Assembly: GCA_016929255.1 (NCBI GenBank)
Contig: JAFGJH010000044.1
Location: 1 to 52,209, forward strand
Direction: 5' to 3'
Length of the DNA stretch: 52,209 nucleotides
Origin: Candidatus Woesearchaeota archaeon
GTDB lineage: Archaea; Nanobdellota; Nanobdellia; Woesearchaeales; UBA11576
The notes under the pieces were generated by a model that had not been told where the DNA came from, searched no databases, and worked only from the letters and a program-made list of their open reading frames with translations. Position numbers and translations under genes: made by a program. Shown here one piece after another: positions 10,597-19,264 of the stretch. Positions within the stretch are counted from its first letter, which is position 1. The number at the start of each line of letters is the position of its first letter.

Positions 10597-10935
10597 ATGC
10601 ATCATAAGGTGGGCCATTATGCTTTTGTGGGCGGTGTCCTCATCGCCATAATTGCAGGTCTTCTTCAGACCACAAGTATCTTTTTCGCTTTTAGCATACT
10701 GCTCCTGGGTGTTGTGGTAGGTTTCCTTAACATCTCTACGAAGGAAGTCATGCCTTTTCTGGTAGCTGCTGTCGCGTTGCTGGTGGCGGGTTCTGCTGAT
10801 TTCCAGATACTGAACATAATGTTCAACCCGCTGGGGACAGTACTTACTTCGCTGTTCTCTTTCATAAAGCTGTTCGTGGCCCCTGCTGCGTTGGTCGTCA
10901 GCCTGAAGGCGATAGTCAATCTTGCCAGGAACTGA
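10597..10935 (+). CDS. Small multi-TM membrane protein
   Basis: Almost fully hydrophobic 112 aa; SD gaggtga; followed by a T-tract. Confidence 0.8.
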   Translation: MHHKVGHYAFVGGVLIAIIAGLLQTTSIFFAFSILLLGVVVGFLNISTKEVMPFLVAAVALLVAGSADFQILNIMFNPLGTVLTSLFSFIKLFVAPAALVVSLKAIVNLARN

Positions 10936-10949
10936 TTCTTTCTTTTTTT
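10936..10949 (+). terminator. Archaeal-type oligo-T terminator
   Basis: ttctttcttttttt directly after the stop codon. Confidence 0.45.
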
Positions 10950-10953
10950 GCAT

Positions 10954-11055
10954 CGCCGCCACTACCGCCTTGCGACGTCGTAGGTAGATACGCGGAGAGA
11001 AAACACTTGGTTAAATGAGCAGAAAGATATGCGGACGGAGCGCGTAGTGGCGGCG
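10954..11055 (+). repeat. Intergenic structured repeat E1 (102 nt)
   Basis: Perfect 12-bp inverted repeat cgccgccactac/gtagtggcggcg; shares ctaccg, aggt..ata.gcgg, gaaaacac and gagcag..tgcgga..gagcgcg with 2383-2482. Confidence 0.6.
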
Positions 11056-11070
11056 CGGGCTTCGTTTTCG

Positions 11071-11310
11071 CTAATGCAGTCTTGGCATCTCTGCCTTCCA
11101 CCTGTACTTGTAGCCTGACCGGGTCTTCTTCATTTCTATGAAATTCCTTTTCACCAGCTCGTTGAATACCTGGTTGTGCATGCGTGAATGGTACTTCAGC
11201 TCCTTCTCACTGACCCGGCTGTCTTTCTTTACGCTGTACATGAAGAAATGCTGTATCTCGTGGGCAAGTTTGACCCGTTCCGCAGTGTCGGGGTCCTCTT
11301 TTTTTCTCAT
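11071..11310 (-). CDS. Small basic hypothetical protein, possibly winged-helix
   Basis: MRKKEDPDT... 79 aa, starting 16 nt after the nucS stop; VFNELVKRNFIEMKKTRSGYKYRW resembles a wing. Confidence 0.55.
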   Translation of the reverse strand: MRKKEDPDTAERVKLAHEIQHFFMYSVKKDSRVSEKELKYHSRMHNQVFNELVKRNFIEMKKTRSGYKYRWKAEMPRLH

Positions 11311-11326
11311 CGGCCTTTCCTGCCTT

Positions 11327-12070
11327 TCATCTGCATTTCCTGAAGTGCTCCAGTGTCCTCTGATCCTTGTTGTATCTTTCCTTGTACTTGGGCGGCTCGA
11401 CAGCGACGAATGAGAAGCCCCAGTCTTTTGCCATCTGCTCTGCATTGCCGCTTATCTTGGGCGCGGCTATTATCCCGCGGACATTGGTCGTGCCTTTGAG
11501 CTTCTTTATCTTCTCCACGTACCTTCTCAGCTGCGTGACAGCTGCCAGGTCCGCGTTGTACCTCTTGCACTCCACGATGACGAGGTTGTTGTCCTTGTCA
11601 TATCCGAATACATCTATGAAGCCGTATTTGGTGTGCTCCTCCATGGAGAGCGGCTTGAAGTCCGGAGATATCAGCGAGGGGGTGTTGTATATCATCTCTG
11701 ACATGTCCTTCTCTGTGCCTATTATCTGTATCTTCTGCCCGTCCTTGAGCGGGTGCGAGTTGACGAAGTGCACCTTGCGCATGTTGATGTCCAGGTACTC
11801 TTTGAGCGTGAGGTTCTGCGACCTTATGTACAGCCTTCCGTCTTCTACTGCCACGCTGTGCTTTGCGTCAGGCTTCATGTAGTTTATCGGCGCATTGCCT
11901 TCCGGCTGGTGCACCAGCAGGGTGTTGTCTGACTTGATTATTATGAGCCTTTCGCCCATTGGCAGGAACGCCTCGGCCCTACCTGAGTACTCTACCTCGC
12001 ACTCGCAGCCTATGACTATTGTCTCGTTCCGCCTTATTGCGTCCCTTATGTGCACTGCAAAAGAATCCAT
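11327..12070 (-). CDS. nucS: Mismatch endonuclease NucS/EndoMS
   Basis: VEYSGRA, IIIKSDNTLLVH, PINY, GFIDVFG, IVECKR, AVTQLRRYV, RGIIAAP. Confidence 0.95.
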   Translation of the reverse strand: MDSFAVHIRDAIRRNETIVIGCECEVEYSGRAEAFLPMGERLIIIKSDNTLLVHQPEGNAPINYMKPDAKHSVAVEDGRLYIRSQNLTLKEYLDINMRKVHFVNSHPLKDGQKIQIIGTEKDMSEMIYNTPSLISPDFKPLSMEEHTKYGFIDVFGYDKDNNLVIVECKRYNADLAAVTQLRRYVEKIKKLKGTTNVRGIIAAPKISGNAEQMAKDWGFSFVAVEPPKYKERYNKDQRTLEHFRKCR

Positions 12071-12138
12071 ACTAACCCCCTGATGGTGTTGAAGAAGCTG
12101 TCTTTTTATATTTTTTGCAGTTTCTTTTCATTTACCAG

Positions 12139-12242
12139 CCTTCCAGGCCCTGCCACACCCTATGGCTGCAGCACGCAGTCAGGATACGATGGAATCTTGG
12201 TTTTTGACATTGTTTTTTTCAGCGGGTTTGGCCGCGGCCATA
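12139..12242. repeat. Intergenic hairpin element E5
   Basis: Stem tatggctgcagc/gccgcggccata (11/12 pairs); leader ccttccaggccctgccacaccct and gtcagga resemble 39787-39823. Confidence 0.35.
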
Positions 12243-12341
12243 TTCTGTTCAAAAGCCAACTGACCTCCTGCGGATTGACATCACACAAACCTGCTGTGAG
12301 AATTCATAATGATAAGTTCAGAATGATAGAATGTTGCAGAA

Positions 12342-12887
12342 TTAAACCATCCTGCTGATCATGTCTGTCTTGGTCACCACGCCGACCATCTCCCCTTTCT
12401 TCGCCACTATGAGTATCGGGTAATAACCTATCAGCGACTTCAGGACAGATATTTTTGTGTCTTCGCTTACTATAGGCGGAGGCTCGACCATCACATCCTT
12501 GACCTTGAGCAGGTGCACATCTCCTTGCCCTATTTTCTCTAGCAGCTCCTTCTCTGTCACCAGCCCGACTATGTTTTTGCCTTCAACAACAGGGACCTGT
12601 GATATCGCCTTCTTGTGCATGAGCTTCACCGTGTCTACCATCCTGTCGCCGGGCTTTGCTGTTATCATGCCTTTCTGCATGACTTCCTTTGCGCTGAGTT
12701 CGTGTTTCTTGCTGAACCTGTCGAGCGCCTCGAATATGCGCTGGACTTTTGAGTATGTGGGATCTATCTTCCCTGCTTCTATCTTTGCGATGAGCGATTG
12801 CGAGACCCCTGCCTCCCGTGCGAACTCTGTCTGTGTCATTCCAGTCTGCTTCCGTACCTGCTTGAGGTTATTTATCTCGTATGGCAT
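12342..12887 (-). CDS. XRE-type HTH regulator with paired CBS domains
   Basis: MTQTEFAREAGVSQSLIAKIEAGKIDP HTH; two CBS repeats (ISQVPVV...GLVTEKEL, GVVTKTDM). Confidence 0.92.
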   Translation of the reverse strand: MPYEINNLKQVRKQTGMTQTEFAREAGVSQSLIAKIEAGKIDPTYSKVQRIFEALDRFSKKHELSAKEVMQKGMITAKPGDRMVDTVKLMHKKAISQVPVVEGKNIVGLVTEKELLEKIGQGDVHLLKVKDVMVEPPPIVSEDTKISVLKSLIGYYPILIVAKKGEMVGVVTKTDMISRMV

Positions 12888-12945
12888 CAAGAACAAGAAA
12901 ATATTTTCTGTTTATAAATATTCTGATAATAATAGGGGCCTCTTC

Positions 12946-13611
12946 TTACTCTGTTATCATCTCTATTCCTTTCTCCTGAAGTATCTGCTCTATCTCATCC
13001 CGGGTCATGAACTTGTTGTAGGTCTCCTTGTTTATGACAAGTGAAGGTGTCCCTTCCACATGGTATATCCTCTTGACAGTGTCCAGGGCGACGTTCTGTA
13101 TTGTGTAGTCAAAGGAATACACATAGACATCTCTGTAGTTCCTCCTTGCCCAGGTGAGTATGAATCCCTGTTCCTTGCATTTTGGGCAGTCCTGCTCGTT
13201 TGTGTAGAAGAAGAGAATCCTTGCGCTGGTCTGGTTGCATTCCTTGTTTGTCTTCTGCATGAACAGCCAGTGCCTGAGCTCAAGCAGGGAGTAGTATTCC
13301 TTGAGCTCCTTGACGTTTGTGTCATCCTCCCCGAGCCGGTTCTCCATGTAGTCGAGTTTGCTTGCCATTTCATAGAGCTCTTCCGCCAGCGGCGTGGAGT
13401 TTATGTAGGCGCAGGGATCCTCTGCTATGAGCTCGTACTGCAGCTCCATCGCTGTAGTGTCTGTCTTGAGGTCCTGCCCTATGGTGTCTATCTGCTTGAG
13501 CTTCTGCGATGAGAAGTAGTTCCCTATGAGTATCCCTGTGATGAATATGAGCGTGGTTATTGCGAAGACAGTCACGTATTTTCCCGGATTTATCTTCTGG
13601 CGATGGTTCAT
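12946..13611 (-). CDS. Membrane-anchored protein with C-terminal thioredoxin-like fold
   Basis: N-terminal TM; ILFFY...CPKC and GTPSLVIN (cis-Pro loop). Confidence 0.7.
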   Translation of the reverse strand: MNHRQKINPGKYVTVFAITTLIFITGILIGNYFSSQKLKQIDTIGQDLKTDTTAMELQYELIAEDPCAYINSTPLAEELYEMASKLDYMENRLGEDDTNVKELKEYYSLLELRHWLFMQKTNKECNQTSARILFFYTNEQDCPKCKEQGFILTWARRNYRDVYVYSFDYTIQNVALDTVKRIYHVEGTPSLVINKETYNKFMTRDEIEQILQEKGIEMITE

Positions 13612-13636
13612 CCTGTCCTGCCCGTGTTGCTGCGCA

Positions 13637-14902
13637 CTATGCGTACTTTATCTCTGCTTCCTTGCGCTTCCTTCCCCGCCACCCCACGTCCTTGTTGCGT
13701 ATCCTGGCGTGTATCGCGCTCGCCCACCAGTATGCGTACAGGGGAAGGTACAGGAACATGAAAAGCACATAGCAGAACGCTATGCTCTGCTTCTCCTTTG
13801 ACATCCTTTTCGCGAGGTATATCATCGCTATCCCTATGGCCAGTGCTGAAATGCCTATGATCATGAGAGGGCTCTGGTCTATGTAGAACATGTCCCATCT
13901 TATCTTGAGCATCCTCCAGATGTCGAAGTCTACCTGGTAGAGGTTCATGAAACGCTGGTAGTTCTTTTCTGCCAGGACATAGACTGAGTATGTGACCATG
14001 ACTATGGCGAGGAGCACTGAGAGGTATGCGCTGGGCAGCACGAACAGCCCGAGGTTGCCGTATTTCTTTGAGAACAGTAGGTGCTTGTACTTTTGGGTGT
14101 TCTCCATGAATCCCTTGTACCACCTGACTCTCTGCTTTTTGGTGGTGTCAAAGGTGGGCATCGCCACCGCATATACGTTTGCGTCGACCGCGTTCTCTAT
14201 CTCGTAGCCGAGGGACTGTATCCTGAGGGATATCTCGATGTCCTCCGTGCACGTGGAGGTGTCATACCCTCCGTACCTGTCGAAGAGCTCTTTCCTGAAT
14301 ATCGTGAATGGTCCGGGGGTGACGTGTATGCTTCCGAGGTATGCGAATACCTTCCTGAGGTACACCCCGAGGAGGAACTCTATGACCTGTATCTTCTGCC
14401 AGATCGTCTTCGGCTCTGTGCATTTCAGCGATGGGGTCACTGCCATCACGCTCTTCCTCTTGAAATAGCCGAGCATCTTGAGCAGCGCGTCCGGCTCGGC
14501 AAAAGAGTCTGCGTCAAGGCAGCCCACGAACTCTCCGTCCGCGTGCTTCAGGCCGAGGTTGAGGGCTGTCCCTTTCCCGCCGTTCTGCTTTGTGAGCACA
14601 AGAACTCCGTCTTTCTCAAATCCTCGCGCGATAGAGAGTGTCTTGTCGGTGCTCCCGTCATCTATGATTATGATCTGGAGCTTGTCTTTGGGGTAGTTCA
14701 GCCCGAGCAGTGACTTGATTGTCTTTGCCAGGCATTTCTCTTCATTGCATGCCGGGACCATGACAGTGACTGCTGGAAGATTTTTCGGCGGCTTTGGGTT
14801 CTTTATGCTGTTCCTGTTCTCGATTAGCGTGATAAGGAAGAATACTGCGGTGAATAGGCCGAAATATGATACTGTATATAATATTACATCCCAAAATTCC
14901 AT
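13637..14902 (-). CDS. Processive GT2 glycosyltransferase (PgaC/CesA-like)
   Basis: VPACNEE, IIDDGSTD, GKGTALN, LDADS, TEDIE and QRVRW motifs; N- and C-terminal TMs. Start MEFWD; the ORF track starts at 14986. Confidence 0.92.
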   Translation of the reverse strand: MEFWDVILYTVSYFGLFTAVFFLITLIENRNSIKNPKPPKNLPAVTVMVPACNEEKCLAKTIKSLLGLNYPKDKLQIIIIDDGSTDKTLSIARGFEKDGVLVLTKQNGGKGTALNLGLKHADGEFVGCLDADSFAEPDALLKMLGYFKRKSVMAVTPSLKCTEPKTIWQKIQVIEFLLGVYLRKVFAYLGSIHVTPGPFTIFRKELFDRYGGYDTSTCTEDIEISLRIQSLGYEIENAVDANVYAVAMPTFDTTKKQRVRWYKGFMENTQKYKHLLFSKKYGNLGLFVLPSAYLSVLLAIVMVTYSVYVLAEKNYQRFMNLYQVDFDIWRMLKIRWDMFYIDQSPLMIIGISALAIGIAMIYLAKRMSKEKQSIAFCYVLFMFLYLPLYAYWWASAIHARIRNKDVGWRGRKRKEAEIKYA

Positions 14903-15145
14903 TGCTACCTGCTTTTTTTGCTTGCTTATATATCTAACCACCTGTTCGGGCAATCTATTTAATAACTTTTTCCATATTTCGGGCATGATTTTGTTGCTTT
15001 AGGGGGTCTTATCCCTGTTTATTTCGTGAGATGGCGTATTCAAGCCCGCGCATTATTCTGATAAGAATATTTTTGTCACGAACCTTATTAAAGGTGTAAT
15101 TTTGCCAGCCACCCATCTAAAATCAAAAATTTGAGGTGGTTTTTT

Positions 15146-16363
15146 ATGGTCCACAGGAAAGGACGTTATCTGTTCACATCAGAGTCCGTGTCTGAAGGGC
15201 ATCCTGACAAGGTATGCGACCAGATATCTGATGCGGTGCTTGACGCTTGTTTCAGGGAAGATCCTTTCTCAAGGGTCGCTTGCGAGACAGCTGTCAAGGA
15301 CAACAATGTTTTCATTCTGGGGGAGATAACCACAAAGGCGAAGCTTGATTTTGATTCTATCGCCAGGAATACCATCAGGAGGATAGGCTACACCCCTAAC
15401 TGCGGCTTTGACCCTGATAACTGTAGGGTTTCGGTCTTCGTGAGGGCGCAGTCTCCCGACATATCTCAGGGTGTCAGCGAGGGGGAAGGTCTTTTCAAGG
15501 AGCAGGGTGCGGGTGACCAAGGGCTTATGTTCGGCTACGCCACCAATGAGACTCCTGAGCTGATGCCTTTGCCTATAGTCCTTTCGCATAATCTCCTGCT
15601 CTCTCTGGCAAGCATCAGGAGGTCAGGCAAGATACCCTACCTCAGGCCTGATGCCAAGTCCCAGGTAACTGTTGAGTATGCGGATGGGAAGCCTTTGAGG
15701 GTAGACACAGTGGTGATATCGACGCAGCACAGACCAGGCATACCGCACTCTCGGATAAAGGATGACATGATAAAGCAGATTATCATTCCTACATGTGGCA
15801 GATGGGTCGATGATGAGACCAAGTATTATGTCAATCCGACAGGCTCTTTCGTGATAGGCGGACCTGTCGGCGATGCAGGGGTCACCGGCAGGAAGATAAT
15901 TGTGGACACCTATGGTGGGCACGGTTCCCATGGCGGCGGGGCATTCTCTGGCAAGGATCCTACCAAGGTCGACCGAAGCGCAGCTTACGCAGCGAGATAC
16001 ATCGCAAAGAACGTCGTCGCTGCCGGACTTGCTGACAAGTGTGAGGTGCAGCTCGCTTATGCGATAGGCGTTGCGCAGCCGGTATCTATATTGACGCACT
16101 GTTTCGGCACGAACAGGGTGCCTGAGGAGCGCATCGCAGAGCTCGTGGCAAAGCATTTCCCTGTCAAGCCTGCCGCGATACTGGATGAGCTGGACCTGCG
16201 CAGGCCGATATACGAGAAGACTGCTTCGTACGGCCACTTCGGCAGGGACGACCCTGACTTCACCTGGGAGCGAACAGACAAGTCAGATCTCCTCAGGAAA
16301 GAAGCAGGACTTCTTCACAAGGCAGTGCATCAGGGGATAGAAGTCCCTCTGGACGGTGAGTGA
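15146..16363 (+). CDS. metK: S-adenosylmethionine synthetase, bacterial/eukaryotic type
   Basis: [52 protein letters not shown]; SD gaggtg. Confidence 0.97.
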   Translation: MVHRKGRYLFTSESVSEGHPDKVCDQISDAVLDACFREDPFSRVACETAVKDNNVFILGEITTKAKLDFDSIARNTIRRIGYTPNCGFDPDNCRVSVFVRAQSPDISQGVSEGEGLFKEQGAGDQGLMFGYATNETPELMPLPIVLSHNLLLSLASIRRSGKIPYLRPDAKSQVTVEYADGKPLRVDTVVISTQHRPGIPHSRIKDDMIKQIIIPTCGRWVDDETKYYVNPTGSFVIGGPVGDAGVTGRKIIVDTYGGHGSHGGGAFSGKDPTKVDRSAAYAARYIAKNVVAAGLADKCEVQLAYAIGVAQPVSILTHCFGTNRVPEERIAELVAKHFPVKPAAILDELDLRRPIYEKTASYGHFGRDDPDFTWERTDKSDLLRKEAGLLHKAVHQGIEVPLDGE

Positions 16364-16371
16364 TCCCGGAA

Positions 16372-16390
16372 TTTTTTTTTTCTTTTTCTT
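16372..16390 (+). terminator. Oligo-T terminator of metK
   Basis: Long T-tract 8 nt after the stop codon. Confidence 0.5.
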
Positions 16391-16394
16391 ATGA

Positions 16395-16538
16395 GGCAGC
16401 GCCACTGCTTATTGCGTGCAGTCAGATAATACAAATGGATTGGCGGCTTCATCGTAATGTTCTTCGGTTATTGCGCAAGCAAGGTCGTAAGAATCAGCGA
16501 TTAGCAGCCCACTTTGCCGATAGCAGCGTGGCGCTGCC
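16395..16538. repeat. Intergenic structured repeat E4 (144 nt)
   Basis: Perfect 11-bp inverted repeat ggcagcgccac/gtggcgctgcc extended by tgct/agca; 3' half homologous to 8-77. Confidence 0.6.
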
Positions 16539-16541
16539 AGC

Positions 16542-17144
16542 CTACTCCCCTTTCTTCGGGTGGAAAGGCTGTGCGGCGTATTCCGGCAGCCATGACTCTA
16601 GCTGGAAGTACTGTTTTGTGGCGCCGAGGAGCCTTGCGCCGTCCCGGACGAGCTCGTTCTCTACCTGCTCAATCCTGTCCTTGTATATCCTGTTGAGGTA
16701 GAAGTTCTGTATCCACCTGTTCTTGAGCACGAAGTTCTTCTCCCAATCACCTTTTGGGTCCAGCTCTATCTTCGCTGTTATGAACACTTCCACTTCCCCT
16801 TTGTTGGTGTCGACCTTTGTCCCGTCCACGACTATCTGCTCGTTCTTTAGGTTAAGGCCGTGGAAGTCGATGTCAAGGTAGAATTTGAAGAAGTCGTTTG
16901 CATATGGTTTGTCTACTCTCCACCACACCCATATCTGCCTTGCGCCGTTGCTGCTTATCCTTTCGAGATACATCTTCTCTATCCACTTGTCTCCCCTGTC
17001 TCCTGAGCTGTCTTCACAGTACCCTTCCTCTATCAGCCACTCGTGGAGCCGCTTGTAAAGGTATTCGAAGCTGAATATGTGCTTGAAGTTGAGGCTGAAC
17101 TGCCTCACGACCCACGGTTTTTTCAGTTCGTATGGTGGCGGCAT
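16542..17144 (-). CDS. Hypothetical protein
   Basis: 200-aa ORF, aromatic-rich; tttataaa TATA ~25 nt upstream; no family recognised. Confidence 0.75.
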   Translation of the reverse strand: MPPPYELKKPWVVRQFSLNFKHIFSFEYLYKRLHEWLIEEGYCEDSSGDRGDKWIEKMYLERISSNGARQIWVWWRVDKPYANDFFKFYLDIDFHGLNLKNEQIVVDGTKVDTNKGEVEVFITAKIELDPKGDWEKNFVLKNRWIQNFYLNRIYKDRIEQVENELVRDGARLLGATKQYFQLESWLPEYAAQPFHPKKGE

Positions 17145-17190
17145 ATTAATATCCTAAATAAACCGGTTTTATAAAGGTTTCGTCCTTTAT

Positions 17191-17925
17191 TCAGGACGGA
17201 TTAGAAATATTGTGCGTGACAAGCAGCACTTTATGTTTTCCGGGTACGCGATGATGCTCTTCGCATACAGGAATATAATGGCCTTTCTCGACTATTATGG
17301 TGTCTGCTTCGTATGGTGATGGGATTTGGTGTTCCACGTCATCGAATCTCTGTGATCTGGTGGCGTCATTGCCGCATGGAGCTCCGTCTTCAAGCGGGCA
17401 TGCGCACTTTGCGTAGTGTTGGTGTTTCTCTGTGGATATCGCCATTATGTCTGGGACTGTGACGTGCGACTCCCCTCTGAGAGGGAATGGCTCTCCCCTA
17501 AAGTCAAGATCAAGGCCTGCGCAGACGACCCTTACTCCGTTGTATGCTAAGTCGTCGACGACCTTTTTTATGCCTTCATCGAAGAGCTGGACTTCATCTA
17601 TTATCACGTTCAGCCGGAATCTGGCGATGACTATTCCCATTTCGCTTGCCCGGTCGTATGCCCGAGTCATGTGCGCTTCGACTTCGTGCCATAGTTCCGC
17701 AGAATTCTTCACAGGAGTGGCTGCGATGGCTATCTCTTCAAGGCTGCTGCTGCCTTCTCCTGCCATGAACCTTGAGACTATGTTCTTTGGGTCCGAGTTG
17801 TTTGCAGGAACATAGCATAGGCATCTTTCGCCCACAGAAACTGCTTTCCTGTAATCCTGTATTAGCGCCAGGGACTTCTCGCTGGCCATGCAGCCGTAGT
17901 GGAATACTATTGGTGCTTTCTTCAT
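17191..17925 (-). CDS. tdk: Thymidine kinase (type II) with atypical P-loop
   Basis: YGCMASEKS, IIDEVQLF, AGLDLDFRGEPF, Zn-binding Cys residues, YIPVCEEH. Confidence 0.85.
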   Translation of the reverse strand: MKKAPIVFHYGCMASEKSLALIQDYRKAVSVGERCLCYVPANNSDPKNIVSRFMAGEGSSSLEEIAIAATPVKNSAELWHEVEAHMTRAYDRASEMGIVIARFRLNVIIDEVQLFDEGIKKVVDDLAYNGVRVVCAGLDLDFRGEPFPLRGESHVTVPDIMAISTEKHQHYAKCACPLEDGAPCGNDATRSQRFDDVEHQIPSPYEADTIIVEKGHYIPVCEEHHRVPGKHKVLLVTHNISNPS

Positions 17926-18046
17926 ACCCTGCCCCCTGTTGATGGTCTGTTGAGACTTTTTCTGATTAACCTATATATTTTTTTTGATTTTGTTTTAAAC
18001 CAAAAAGAAAAGCATTTAAAAAGCAGGGGCGATTTCACTGGCTGTC

Positions 18047-19246
18047 ATGTTTGTGGGCATCGTGGGCAAGCCGAGCTGCGGCAAGAGCACTTTTTTCAAG
18101 GCAGCTACGCTTGCAGAGGTGGACATCGCGAATTACCCTTTCACCACCATCAAACCCAACCACGCAGTGGGTTTCGTCAGGGTTGATTGTGTTGACAGGG
18201 ATTTCGGGAAGCAGTGCAATCCGCGGGAGGGATTCTGCATCCACGGAAAGAGGTTTGTGCCTATCGACCTTATGGATGTCGCAGGCCTGGTCCCTGGAGC
18301 GCACCAGGGCCTTGGCATGGGCAACCAGTTTCTTGATGACCTGCGCCAGGCTGATGCATTGGTGCATGTCATCGACATATCTGGCAGCGTGAACGAGAAA
18401 GGCGAGCCTGTCCAGCCTCTGAGCTATGATCCTGCCAACGACGTGAAGTTCCTCGAGGAAGAGCTTGATATGTGGTATCTCAGCATAATGAAGAAGGGCT
18501 GGGAGCGCTTTGCGAGGATGGTGATGCAGGAGCGCGGAAACATCGCAAAGGCAATAGGCAAGCAGCTTTCCGGGCTTAAGGTCACTGAGGAGATGGCCGA
18601 AGAGGTCATACATAAACTCGGTTTTGACATCGCGAAGCCTGACAGGTGGTCTGAGGAAGAGCTGAAGCAGGTAGCTGTCGAGCTGAGGAAGCTGACAAAG
18701 CCCATGATAATAGCCGCGAACAAGGTGGATGTTCCCGGTGCTGAGAAGAACTATGAGCGGGTGAAGCGGATGTTCCCTGATTACCTGATCATACCCTGCT
18801 CTGCAGAGTCAGAGCTCGCATTGAGGGAGGCTGCCAAGCATAAGCTCATCGATTATGTTCCCGGAGACAGCTCATTCACTTTGATTGAGGGTGGCAGGCT
18901 CAATGATAAGCAGAAGGCTGCCCTTGATTTCATAAAGAGCAGCATACTCGACAAGTTCGGCTCGACAGGCGTACAGCCGGTGCTCGACCAGGCGGTATTC
19001 AGGCTGTTGGGGTATTTCGCTGTCTTTCCCGGAGGCGTGAACAAGCTTGAGGACCAGCACGGGAACGTGCTTCCTGACTGTTTCCTGATGCCCAAGGACA
19101 CCACTGCGCTTGACTTCGCATTCCGCATCCACACTGACATCGGCAGGGCATTCATCCGCGCCATCGATGTGAAGACTAAACGCACGGTCGGCAAGGAGCA
19201 TCCGCTGAAGCACAGGGATGTCGTCGAGATAGTCACCGGCAGGTGA
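18047..19246 (+). CDS. ychF: Obg-family ATPase/GTPase YchF (archaeal type) with TGS domain
   Basis: GKPSCGKST, ANYPFTTIKPN, DVAGLVPGA, ANKVD, TALDFAFRIHTDIG. Confidence 0.93.
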   Translation: MFVGIVGKPSCGKSTFFKAATLAEVDIANYPFTTIKPNHAVGFVRVDCVDRDFGKQCNPREGFCIHGKRFVPIDLMDVAGLVPGAHQGLGMGNQFLDDLRQADALVHVIDISGSVNEKGEPVQPLSYDPANDVKFLEEELDMWYLSIMKKGWERFARMVMQERGNIAKAIGKQLSGLKVTEEMAEEVIHKLGFDIAKPDRWSEEELKQVAVELRKLTKPMIIAANKVDVPGAEKNYERVKRMFPDYLIIPCSAESELALREAAKHKLIDYVPGDSSFTLIEGGRLNDKQKAALDFIKSSILDKFGSTGVQPVLDQAVFRLLGYFAVFPGGVNKLEDQHGNVLPDCFLMPKDTTALDFAFRIHTDIGRAFIRAIDVKTKRTVGKEHPLKHRDVVEIVTGR

Positions 19247-19264
19247 CCGCCGTCATTCTTTCTG

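Noticed and set aside
14990-15130. SAM riboswitch upstream of metK
   Set aside because: Short inverted repeats exist but lack SAM-I/II consensus and lie upstream of the apparent TATA at ~15085
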